A DNA stretch of 49,604 nucleotides, filler included, from Jimgerdemannia flammicorona (lineage: Eukaryota): the NCBI GenBank assembly GCA_003990765.1. It is 2 parts of 2 records of this genome, joined end to end, with 100 filler letters (N's around TTAATTAATTAA, not from the genome) between each part and the next. Parts side by side here need not be neighbours in the genome. Positions count along the whole stretch, not along the records: positions 1 to 24,753 come from RBNJ01000930.1; positions 24,854 to 49,604 come from RBNJ01000931.1. The stretch is one strand, 5' to 3'. Each line of letters begins with the position of its first letter. Position 1 is the stretch's first letter. A program made the position numbers and the translations under genes. Below the pieces are notes generated by a model that ran no database searches, was not told the origin of the DNA, and saw only the letters and a program-made list of their open reading frames with translations. Of the stretch, positions 24,441-36,200 are shown piece by piece.

Positions 24441-24535
24441 GGCGAGAAGAACCCACTTAATTCTAGTAACCCTGGATCAAAGATCACCCACATCAACAAG
24501 CTACAACTTAAGAAATTAGCCAACATCCAACCACA

Positions 24536-24753
24536 CCTTTCTCCGGTAACATTCAGGTTACACAACCCTTTGGCAACACTTTCAACGCAGTTTCTGGAGA
24601 AAAGCTACTAGTATCATGGCAAGCAACGAGCATCTGGAGGTACATACTGGGCAGGGTGGCCCTGGAGCGTTTGAATGGCAGCAAGTGGGGAGAGGCCCTG
24701 GCTTGGGGGGAAGTATGAGGGGCCTGCTGGTGGGGGGCCATAGTGGAAGAGGG
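24536..24753 (+). mobile_element. 5' end of a LINE of the LINE-a family, inserted in element A pol and cut by the gap
   Basis: CCTTTCTCCGGTAACATTCAGGTTACACAA terminus. ORF1 start MASNEHLEVHTGQGGPGAFEWQQVGRG at 24616. Confidence 0.82.
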
Positions 24754-24853
24754 NNNNNNNNNNNNNNNNNNNNNNNNNNNNNNNNNNNNNNNNNNNNTTA
24801 ATTAATTAANNNNNNNNNNNNNNNNNNNNNNNNNNNNNNNNNNNNNNNNNNNN
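24754..24853. other. Assembly gap with artificial stop-codon linker (N44-TTAATTAATTAA-N44)
   Basis: Symmetric N runs around TTAATTAATTAA, exactly 100 bp in total. Adjacency of the two sides is not guaranteed. Confidence 0.95.
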
Positions 24854-25619
24854 AAAAAAGAAAGAAATTTGACTATACCAAGTACAAAAGAAGCTAGATC
24901 TTGATCAGGAACAAAATCCTATGCTTATCTATCAGAACAACTAATTTATAATTACTACATATGGCAAAGAATTCTATATATTACTCCAGAGCAAAGCATA
25001 TTGATATACAGTACCATTACATAAGAGAGTATATAGAGAATGAGACTATATGCTTGGAATACATCTCCATGGAGTATATGATTGCAGATTTGCTCACCAA
25101 AACCCTTCTGAGACCTAAATTCCAGCAATACACTAAAGAAATGAGTCTTATGGTAAACTATATGCCAGTAATGGGTATTGAATAATCACAGGATATTTTG
25201 TAATGAAAAGGAAGCAGAAAAATGATACAATACCTCTCTCTACACCTCTCTCTCTTCAAGCATTACATTGCACTATTCATTCTTTCTTCTTCTATATTTG
25301 AGATTTTCTACTGTCAGGATCTATCTACATCCTTCATTTTCACTATGGTTTCTTATGTTTTAAGCATGGATAGATGGCATTTTTTTCGTACATTTGCAGT
25401 CATTTTGCGGTTATTACTTGGTTACATTGCATTCTTGCATATTATCTCGTGGAGCGGGAGTGTTGAAATTGACATCTCGATAATGTGGCTTACACATATG
25501 TAACTACGTTACCTTGAGTTACGTCACTCGATGCGTAAATACACGCTATCTGGAATAATAAACAAATGCTCTTTTTCTCTGCTCTCTCTTTCTCCAGTAT
25601 CCACTCCATATTCACAACA
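24854..25619 (+). mobile_element. Ty1/copia 3' fragment: RNase H end, PPT and 159-bp 3' LTR
   Basis: SRAKHIDIQYHYIRE..MIADLLTK motif. Purine tract ggagcgggag to 25460. LTR TGTTG...CAACA at 25461-25619. Confidence 0.9.
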
Positions 25620-26319
25620 ATAACTTAATGGTAAATAGTGGCACTTTATTGGTAATGCTTTTATGCATTGTAATTGTTAGTGATATAACCATTTAAGACG
25701 TGAGTACACCCGTCACAAATTGTTAGATATTGAACTGCACATATATCTTATAGAGTAGAGATTGTATCTCTTTTAGCCATCGTTCATTCTGTGTTCGTTT
25801 GTTAGCAGAATAATGCACCCTGCTGCATCCCTCCGTGATCATGAATTATTTATTGTAAAGTTGTGACAGGGAGTTACTAAAGCTTTCTACAAAACCCAAA
25901 CGCACGCGTTTCATTTCTCGACTTTTCAGAATGTCCTGTGATATATCTCTCATCAGTCTTCGTTTATCACGTCATATTTTGGCACCAATATCTTCTGTTC
26001 GTCTGAGGTTGGTAGTTCTTGCTGGTGCCCGTTGTATTCTATCCTTAATGAAATTTCAAATCGCAAATTCATCACAAGTAGGAATACCGAATCTCCGCGC
26101 CCCTAAACTCCACAATCATACGTTTTTTTTTACGAAATATAAGGGGTTTAATTCGATGAATGTATAGAGCACGGTGTTGGATCACGTCGGAGCGTCACTT
26201 AAAGCCAATGCATTCGCAAAAATAGTCTGCAGACTTTGAGTTTGATCATTACAGGTTTGATTACAGTAAGAAAATATCGCATTATGTAAACCATTTTTTT
26301 TTATTGTAACACGCGCCGT

Positions 26320-27107
26320 TCAAGCCCAGCGGTTCACGTTGTACATACACTCCATGGATTCGATATCCAAAACGTTCCCAGCGGTCATTTTGGTGATCCT
26401 ACAGGCTTCTCCAACATCCGGTTCGCCTGCACGTCGGCGAGACCTTTGACGGAAAAAATGAAACGGAAACATTAGCTATTATTATCGATTCCAAAACTCA
26501 TGCCACAACACGAATTCTACCAGTTTGGCATTGCTCCGTCGCAATTGACGATATCTTGGCCATGACGAAAACGAAAAATTGTGTGCATTCCCAATTCGTC
26601 AACACCACCGTTGGCGATGATGATATTGATCAACGAGTCGCGGGTCTGTCCGGCGACACCGTCCCTCAAACCGGGCGCGCCAGGTACGTTGTTGAATCCT
26701 CTCTCGTTCCACTGTATAATAAGCAGCGGGTCATCGACAGCCATTGAAGTGTTTGCGATTTTGAGCACAAGTTTGGCTAGATCCGGGTTTTCTCGTAGAA
26801 ACCTGGGAAGCTCCGCAACATCTGGACGCACCGTATATATAAATTTGTAAATAGATAGTTTTCCACTTAAATCGCACACTTACAAACATATTCGGTTGGC
26901 TCCCTACCAAGATCGGCCTTCTCACACAATTTCTGAACAGAGCTTCTGTGAACTAGAGGCGTCAAAGTTGTCAATAACGCGTGTCGTTTAGAATCGGTAG
27001 GCAGAATACATAAAGGTTTAAGCTTTTTGACATAGTAGATACAATGTTGAAAACAAAAAGACCAAATAATTACCTTTCTTGGTGAGGAACTGAAATATAT
27101 TGGTCAT
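26320..27107 (-). CDS. Intact 4-exon host gene, 175-aa protein of unknown function (exons 27107-27074, 26952-26884, 26821-26521, 26443-26320)
   Basis: Three GT-AG introns (121, 62, 77 nt; donors GTAATT, GTAAGT, GTAGAA; branch-like TTGAC and GCTAAT) splice in phase. Product: MTNIFQFLTKKVHRSS...MAVDDPLLIIQWNERGFNNVPGAPG...MPNWSRRRAGEPDVGEACRITKMTAGNVLDIESMECMYNVNRWA*. CT-rich tract upstream; CpG retained. An alternative start at ATG 26744 gives 115 aa. Confidence 0.8.
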
Positions 27108-27646
27108 TGTCAAAGTTGTTGGAGAGAGGAACAGGAGGTAGCAAAGAGGAAGAGACAAAGAGGCACGGGAAAAAAAACCTATGTGACCGCTAATAAATGT
27201 TTCAGAAGCCGACACGGTATAGTCAGAAAATGACGTTGATCAATTCTAACACTATGATGTTCGGTGGGCACATATTGAGAATGTTCGAGAGCATTTGTTG
27301 GCTCCCATCTAAGGTGGCTTGATATAAACATTTTGTTGTTTCACGCCTCTGGATTAACTTATATGAAGTCTTAATCAGAAAGGATATATATAATAAGGAA
27401 ATATGTGCCTTTGAACTATTCAGAGTTAACTTTTTTAGATATCTATTTTGTGAGAGCACTAGCTCTGTGTTTTTTTTTTTTTTTTATGTCACCTTCATGT
27501 TACTGTGACTATTGATAAAATTTAGGAACAAGAATCAGGAGATAGATATTTAATCATAGTACCTGAACCTAATTTCCAATATAATATGTATATTACATTT
27601 TATAATTAGTAGTCATCTGATCTAATAGTTGTAAGATGCAAGCTTA

Positions 27647-27790
27647 TAAGCCTACAAGCCTACAAGCCTACAAGCAATAAGCATAGCCAAGAGCTTTGAA
27701 TATCTCAATAAGTACAAGTAATAAGTATAAGCTAAGAGCTTTGAATATTACAACAAGTATAAGCCCAAAAGTCTACAAGTAATAAGTATT
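27647..27790 (+). repeat. Short tandem repeats (AAGCCTAC x3.5 and a duplicated AAGAGCTTTGAATAT unit)
   Basis: Directly visible in sequence. Confidence 0.7.
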
Positions 27791-27809
27791 ATGAAAGAGA
27801 GCAATTACT

Positions 27810-28750
27810 ATCTTTCTCTATACTATTTATATTATATCAAACTTCACAATATACTTTTGTATAGTTTATTAGAGGAAAGCACAATTGATATATCAATATA
27901 TAAAAGATCTGATAGATATACTAGATCTAATAGATCTGGAGCATTTGGATGACAGTATATGAAAAAAAAATTATAATATAGAGTTGAGCTTCTTTAGTGA
28001 TACTAATGGTCAGGAGAGAGTTGGAGGGAGTCAATACTAAGCTCAGTCAATAAGTGGTCAGGTTAGATGAGTTTTATAGATAAGGTGAAGACTGGTAGTT
28101 AGCCTGGGGATACTCAAGTTAGTAAACTGAGAGAGAAGAAGAAGATGAGTACTAGATGGGCTAGAGGGATACTGCTGGATAGAGCAGGTATAGAGGCTGG
28201 AGATACTGACACTGGGGGCCAAGAAGTGACTACTGATAGCAGGATAATAGTAGATCTGAAAAAAAATCCAAATGTAATAATTGATGGTTGAGCTGAGCAG
28301 ATGGGGCTTACAAAGATAAAAGATCTAATAGATGGTATAATAGAGTTAGTAGTAGCCCAATTACTCAAGAAATAAATTTCAGAATTTATCATCACTTTGT
28401 ACTTCCAGAGGCTTATAGTAACTGCCAAGATGATTTTGAGTTTACTTATAAATTAACTGACTGAAGTTATCTTAGTGAAGTTCATATATGAACTGGAGAG
28501 AGTTGAGGTAGAGTTTAAGAATAATGGACTACTAGAGGAGGCCTTGAAAGACTAGTAGTTGGTAAAGTAGTATACTGATAGCTAGGAGTTTGAGGTGAGA
28601 TCTGAAAGTTATATAGCTTTTAGTGAAGAGAGTACTTATAGTTATAACTCTAGAGATGAGAAGGAGAATTAAGGAGATGATAAAGTATAGAGAGTGATTA
28701 GATATTAGATTCTATATATAGGAGAGTACTATGTTTAAGATAGATGATAT
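27810..28750 (+). mobile_element. Highly decayed LINE ORF1 5' fragment, LINE-a family
   Basis: DLKKNPNVIIDG..KDLIDGIIELVVAQLLKK*ISEF matches LINE-a DLAKNPDVMV..RDLADRVMGMVLAPLLKKSRSEF. Boundaries are approximate. Confidence 0.72.
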
Positions 28751-28759
28751 AGGAATATA

Positions 28760-30730
28760 ATTCACTCATTGAGAATAATAATTGAGATCTAGTCTCTCTT
28801 TTGTCAAATTGATAAATTAGAAGATCTCACTAGATATATAAGATTAAATATAATAGCAATAGTAATATAGAGTAAAATGAAGCTCAATTTATAGTAAAGG
28901 ATTATTTAGAAGAATATAGTATAGATTATAAAAAGATCTTCTCTCCAGTATTCAAGCTTACTTTGCTCAAGATACTTCTTATGATTAGAGACAAATACAA
29001 CTATGAAATCTATCAAATTGATATTAAGATAGCCTTCTTGATTGATAATATAGATATAGAGCTATATATACATCTGTCAACTATAAGGATACAAACTACA
29101 TAATGATGAGCAAAAAAAGCTTATATGCAAATTATATAAAGGTCTCTGTAGTATCAAATAAGCAGTAAGACTGTAGAACTGAAAAATCAACAAATACCTC
29201 TTAGATAACAGATTTTAGTATTATGAAGCTGATTCATATACATCAGACATATATTCTCAGAAATAGTATATATAGAAATTTGAGTAGACAATATTATTTT
29301 GATTAAGACAATAAGTGAGATTAATAATATAAAGATAACATTATATCAGAAATTCAAGATAATAGATATGGATAATATATTCTATCTTCTTGAAATATCA
29401 ATTATATATATATAATAGATATGAGTATGCTATATATCTATTACAAGCTACATATGTATATATATATAAACTATATTCAAATAATTCAGTATGAGTAAAT
29501 ATAAGCCTATCAGAACTCCTATAGAGATATCTATAAGGTTAAAGAAGTTCAATAATGATATATCCAAAGAATCAATAATATCTTCTATTAGTAAGCTGTG
29601 AGATATCTTATATATCTTATGCTTAAAATGAGATTCAACATATTATATATAGTCAACAAGATGGTACAGTACTTATTCTACTATAAAAATTTATATTAAA
29701 CAGCAATTAAGCACATTTTCTAGTATATTAAAGATATGGTATACTATATGCTTAGTTTGAATAATGATAATAAGAGACAAAGTGAGAGTACTATAAGATT
29801 ATCTAGTGTATATAATACTGATTGGGCTGGCAACCTGGATGACAGACAGTCTATGACTAGATATCTCTTAAAATTAGTAAAAATAGAGTTATTTCATGAT
29901 ATATATATGCAATCTTCAGTAATAATATCATCTATACAAGTAGGTATTATATATTATCTATAATAATAAAGGAAGCTATATAGCTTTTGAAACTACTAAA
30001 TAAATTGGAATTTTCTCAGAAATAGTACTCTATTCTACTCTAATAAGACAATCAATCTATAATTATTATAGTAAAGAATCCTATATCTTATATAAGAACA
30101 AAAAATATTGATATATAATATTATTTTATATAAAAATAGATGAAAAATTATACTATATATCTCAAATATATCTCAATAGAGTATATGATAATAGATTTAT
30201 TAACTAAAGCCCTTCTAAAGATAAAGTTTGACTTATATATACTAGAAATAGGACTTATAAACTACATATATACCAGTAAGTAGTAAATAATAGTGATAAC
30301 ATAATGATAATAGAAAGTTTTTCAGAGTACTAAAAGCCTCTCACTATATCTTATATATATCTATTAATATTACTTATATCTCTTCATTTGTGAATAGATC
30401 TAAATCTATATTACTAGTCTTCTACAATATTCTTGACCTTTTTATATACTTATAAATAGGAAATTTTGACCTTTTTCAGTTATCTAGATAGCATTTAGTT
30501 GGTTATATTTTAGTTTGGCCATATTTTAGTTCTTTTATTTATATATTCTAGAATATATCTTATAGAGCAGGAGTATAGAAATATCTTAGTTATATCAACT
30601 TGATATATAGTAGTATGGCTTAACTATATTATTACTATAAATATTATCAATATACATAAAAGTATGTAAGCTATCAATAAATAATTACTGTTTCCTTCCC
30701 TCTATCTGTCCTTATCTCAAGTATTCTACA
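28760..30730 (+). mobile_element. Decayed Ty1/copia 3' half: RT, RNase H, PPT and 157-bp LTR
   Basis: EYSIDYKKIFSPV..EIYQIDIKIAFL (copia RT), TDWAGNLDDRQS, RTKNIDI, DLLTKAL. PPT agagcaggag. LTR TATAGAA...TTCTACA at 30574-30730. Confidence 0.88.
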
Positions 30731-32663
30731 ATATATATAAGCTATAATAATTATAGAAGATTTAAAAATCATATTTATCTTTCTTAAAATCTATTAATAA
30801 CTTAATTTATTGATCTCTGATCTTCTATTGAGAAAGGAACTATATATATAATAATACTTATCAGATAGCTGCTACTATAGTTAGATATAACTGAGACTGA
30901 TACTAAAATAATATATATATGAGAATTTCAAAAATATAAATTGGCTATATATTTTTTAAACTTTAATGCAGACAAATTTGCTTATAAAAAAAAAATTATA
31001 TCTAATTTTTATTTATAAATATAAAGTTAAAAAAAAATTTACTTTTTTTTTTTTTTATACTTTTATTAATAAATATAAAATTTTTTACAGATAAATTTAT
31101 CTGCAAAAATATACAATCTATTGAATATAAATTTTAAGTAAAGTGCCTTTCAAATAAAGAACTGATTATATTATAATATAAGCTATCAAGAATTATAAAT
31201 TGAATTATTTAAATTAAACTCTTAATTTGATTTAGGTTAAATTAATTTAATTTATATAAAAGTACTAGTTTACTATACAATCTCTATAAAAGCTTCTGGG
31301 ATATATTACCAGTAATCTACTTATTAATTCACTTTGAATCATATAGTTGAGATTTATGTTCTAAATACTGATATCATATTTTATATATATATACATGTAT
31401 ATAGTAATACTTATAGTGGGCTTTTATATATAGAATTTATAATTTAAAAATTATTATTATCAGCAGTATTGTTATATTTTCTTAGTATATACTTAATGGT
31501 CACTATACTACTAAGAGTACCAATATTACTACTTTTCATTAGCTCAAAAGTATTTTACTAACTGGTTATAGATAATAGGTTACTAGCAGTAGGCCTACTC
31601 ATAGATCTCATACAGTGGGACTGACAGTAAATTTAATTGGACTTTTTAGCTGAAGATTGTTATTATTCTAATTAGATTTTATAGAATTGGAACTGAAACT
31701 GACAGTAACATTGTTACCATCTTCATATATTACTTAGATAAAGAAAAGACTACTATTATTATCTATTTCAGTAGTATTTATATTATTATATTTCTCTTTA
31801 TCACTCTCTTATTTGTTTCTATATTAATTGCTCTTCCTGTATCTATTTTCACCACTGCTTTCTATCTCATTCTCTCTATTATTATAATTACTTTACTTAT
31901 GTCTATACTTGCTAAAGTACCCAGAGTAGTTCTCAAACTTATCTAATTAGCTACTATTATATTAATTTTGAGTTTGAATTCATTCTTTTGGACTTTGATT
32001 TTATTGGTCATCATTATGAAAATTTTCCTAACATCTGCTCTAGGTGTAACTGCTCTTGGTATATTTGTATATATTTGGTATCTGTGTTAGCTATAGATAT
32101 ACCCAAATATCTGTAGATATATTTATATATATTTGAAAATTTATATTATATATATTTATATTATACTAAGATATCTAAATATAAATTATAATATAGCAGA
32201 TACATAACTGTATAAGTATGTCAGGTTTCTGTATCTTGAAAACTTAATCTTTTTTAACTCTGCAGAGTCCTCAGGATACAGGGGTAAGTGAGTTTGAACT
32301 ATATCTATCTATAGACTTACTAATTCTTTTGTTTTTTCTTTCTATTTCAATCAGAGGTTTTATTCACTCTAGATATTGGAGATATTTATACAAGTTTACT
32401 AGCTATAAGGTGGCTAAGTTATAACTATGTTTTTTATGAGTTATTCTTCATAAGTATTAATCTTTAATATCTATTAAATCTTTAACAATTGTCAAAACTT
32501 TAACATTTGTAAAATCTCAACATTTGTAAAGAGTTTAACATTTGTGAAATAACTGCTATTTGTAAGACTATACTATATTTGGGAATCAGATTTAAGTACT
32601 TTGATCAAATATCTATTCTCCTAATTTCTGTTACTAATTCAGATCAACTGTCATAACTTCCTT

Positions 32664-33190
32664 TTAAATAGGTAATTTATCTCTGAAACATTCTATTCAC
32701 TCAAACTCCTAAGCCTCCACAAGTTATATTTCCTTATACTGTACAATCTGTACCATTACATTCTCCCAGTAATGTCTCTTGATATGTCTAAAGTCTCCTG
32801 CAACTACTTCTCAGAAATGGGCTAGAGCTGACTCATCATCTTCAAACAACTTGTTAACTCACTTAGTAATTGTAATCTGAGTATAAGAGAGCTGGTACTC
32901 TCTAATCCAGTCTTCTTTTCCCATCTCTGGTCATCAGTTTAGTAGCTATCCCAACTTAAAGTATTCTTGAAAACTCAGTCCAGTTTTGATAGATCTTGAA
33001 ATATGAGATTTTTGAAAAGTCTGAACAATACTCTGGATACTGTCAAAGAATTCTTCCATAATTGGTAGCTCAGTAGTGCACCATTGTCATTTTATGGCTT
33101 GATGTATAGTACTGATGATCTTGAGGGTTGAGGCAGTACTCTGTTGATTAGCCATGATACTTCTTGAGTTAATGTCAGTGAATGATAGTA
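32664..33190 (-). pseudogene. Accessory ORF3 of element B, between integrase and PPT; homologous to the LTR-encoded ORFs
   Basis: One frame from ATG 33059: MEEFFDSIQ..QEYFKLG*LLN**PEMGKEDWIREYQLSYTQITITK*VNKLFEDDESALAHF*EVVAGDFRHIK. The stops are compatible with CGA/CAG/CAA C>T changes. The upstream limit is approximate. Confidence 0.65.
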
Positions 33191-35780
33191 GAGATGATTG
33201 TGCTTGAGAGTTTTTGTAGCCAAAAGGTGGTTCTTTTTATATCTTGCACAAGGTAAGGTTCTTTCTACTTAGGCTCCAGTTTTCATAACTATGAAGCTTC
33301 TTCTATATTCTGATATATCAGAACTTTGTCTCCTATCTTGATAATCTTCAGGGGCTTGTGAATCTTCTCTATATTATTCTATTATAGTACCTGTGCCTTG
33401 GTTATATAATCCTTGGCCTTCTTTCTGATTTGATATAGTTTCTATATTTCTGATTCTATACATTTCCATACAGTATCTCTATTAGATGATAATGTTTCTT
33501 GAGAACTTTCTTCTCCAAACAGTATCTCTCAAGAGGTGAAATGGGTACTTTGTATTGAAGAGCAGATAATACTATTGGCAGATAATGATCCCAGTTTTTG
33601 TAGTTATTGTAGATCTTGGTTATGACATTCTTGAGAGTCTTATTGGTCCTTTCTACTTGTCCATTTCTCTGAAAATGATAGGCTATAGTCTGAATGTACT
33701 GAATCTTGTACTTCTTGTAGAGAACCTCAAAGAACTGGTTCATGAATTCTATTCCTCTATCTGTAGTTACTTGTGCTGGAGTCTTGAATTAGCACATGAT
33801 TTCTTTTTAGAAGAAATCAGCAATTGACTGTATATTGGCTTCTTTGAGGGGTCCTGCCTCTATCTATTTTGTAAAAAGGTCTATAATGATGATGATATAT
33901 TGGTTGCTAGTCAAAGTCAAGAGTAGAGGGCCAATTATATTTATTGCAATATGTGCAAAGAGTACTAGTTCTATGTTTACTGATCCTGAGGTCTGATTTT
34001 ATTGGTCTTGTTTCTATTTCTGACATTTGTCACAGGTCTTGACAAATCATCTGATGTCTTTTTCTATTTCTGATCACTATATTGTTCTTCTTGCTTTATC
34101 ATATATATTTGTTCCTCTTAGATGGCCAAGTTCATATACTGATTTAATTGCTTGCTCCTTCTTATATTCAGATATAACTAGTAGTTTTTCTTTCTTTAGT
34201 ATTTCTTCATTAGTCTCAAATTATTTCTATATACTATTGATAATCATTTGTATCCATTCTTCCAAATATTGGGGTATCTTTTGCTGTCTCAGTAAGGTGA
34301 TAATTCTATAGTAGAGTTCCTTATTCATGATTGATTTGCTGATTGGGAGTTCTTTGGAGTATCTGTGAGAGGGCATCTGCATTGGCATTAGTTCTTTCAG
34401 AGTAGTATACAATGGTTATATCATAAGCTTGCAACTTCATAATCTATCTGGCATAGATTCCTTTGGATTACCTGGTGATCAGTAGTTAGGTGAGGGCTGA
34501 GTGGTCTATCTGAATAGTGAAGTATCTCCTTACAAGGTAGTAGTGAAACTTCTTTATAATTCAGATGACTGTATATTCCAACTTATAGGACTTATATTCT
34601 TTTTCAGCTGCTCAGATTTCTCAGCTGAGATATGCAATGATATATTCTACTTTATCTTTTTTTTGGGCCAGGATGGCTCCTAGTCTTTAGGCACTTGCAT
34701 CTGTCTATAGAATAAATTCTTGAGTCTAATCAGGTCTTCTAAGCTGTTGTCTGCTGGTCTATTGGAACTTGATATCCTTTTTGTTAAATTCATAGATTGG
34801 GCCTACAATATTAGAGAATTCTGTAATAATATGAGGTAAATCCCATGAAGGCTTTGGCTTTGGTAACAGTAGTGGACCTTGGGTATGCTACTACTGCTTG
34901 AATCTTGAGTGAGTTTGTGTATATTCTATTCTAGTTAATAATATGGCCAAGATAGGAAATCTTAATTTCTGTAAACTTGTACTTCTTGGGCTTAATGTAT
35001 AGACCATACTTCCTTAGCTTTTCTATCATCTGCTGGATATACTGCAGATGTTCTTTAGCTGTCTTTCTGTAGATAATAATATCATCCACATAAACTATCA
35101 TCTATCTTCCCATATCATAGCAGAAGATTTTGTTCATCATTTACTGAAAGCTTACTGATGTATTGCAAATTTCAAATAGTATTCACAGATAGACATAAGT
35201 TCCATCTGGGGTAATGAAGGCTGATTTTTTACTTGCTGCTTCAGTAAAGCCAATCTGGTAGAATCCTGAGTATAAATCCAAGATACTATTGTATTGTACT
35301 TCATCTTCCAGAGTTACAAGGATGTTACTAATGAGGGGTAGTGGTTGGTAATCCTTCTTTGTAGCCAGGTTGAGCTTTCTGTAATTGGTGCAGAGTCTTG
35401 AGACAAATTCTCCTGGTTTGCATTCTTTATTTAGGACCAATATGACTGGTGAAGCCCAAGGACTGCTGGCTTCTTTGATAATACTGACTTCTTCCATCTG
35501 CTTGATTTCTTCTCTGAGCCATTTATATTATGCTGGCAGAATTGGCCTTGCTTTTTGATAAATTGGTTCAGTGTCTCCTATATCTATATTATGCTAGTAG
35601 TATAGAGTCTTCTCTTGATATTCTTGAAGTCTGTTGCTAGAACATCCTTAAATTTATAGAGTATCTTCTTGAGTTTTTTCTTGAGTTGAAATTCATCTCC
35701 AATGGTATAGCTATGTTTGTTTGTGGTTTCTCCCTCTGTGATCTACTTCTGTGATCTTGGTGCTAGCAAATACTCCTCTT

Positions 35781-36200
35781 CTAGTAGATCTGAATTCTTT
35801 TCTTACTCCTTCTGTTTCCTCCAACTTTCTGACTTCTATGATCTTAGGCTGAAGAATTGGAAAGATCAACATCTGTATCAATCAGTCTTTCTTCTTGATT
35901 AGAAATGAAATCATGAAGTTGTGGTTTCTAGAAATGAGTAGTATTTCCTCAATATAGTCTAAATTGATGCCTTCTTCTTCAAAAGTAATTTTACTCTTGG
36001 CCAGACTACTTCTTGTCTTGAGGATCCCAACATGGTCCTTTGGAATGGTTATTTTCAGACCAGTTGCAAGCAGAGTAATTGTCTGAGGCTCTAGTACAGT
36101 TTTCTCTACTGTGGCAATATCTATTATAGCTGTATTCTCTAACTTATATTCTGATAGAACTGTATCAGAGTGGATTTTCTAAATCTTGACCTTGATTTCT
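35781..36200 (-). pseudogene. dut: dUTPase domain of element B, between protease and RT
   Basis: LATGLKITIPKDHVGILKTRSSLAK..GINLDY..LIQMLIFPI..RKEFRST are decayed dUTPase motifs (RSSLA, GxDxDY, RxGFGST). Confidence 0.85.

Larger units (their letters stand above)
19358..24535 (+). mobile_element. Ty3/gypsy-type LTR retrotransposon A, 5' half (LTR-PBS-gag-dUTPase-protease), interrupted by a LINE and the assembly gap
   Basis: 2066-bp LTR, PBS, CCHC zinc knuckle, dUTPase and aspartic protease motifs in order. RT and integrase are not visible, so the gypsy class rests on gag/protease character. Confidence 0.85.

Noticed and set aside
24798..24809. Perfect palindrome TTAATTAATTAA inside the N run
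   Set aside because: Artificial stop-codon scaffolding linker centred in a 100-bp gap; not biological.
26517..26879. ORF-track 120-aa unspliced protein
   Set aside because: Its start lies in a GTAAGT..CAG intron and its stop in a second intron; replaced by the 4-exon model.
31270..32070. AT-rich stretch with hints of a decayed minus-strand coding sequence
   Set aside because: Too degenerate to assign any motif or family.
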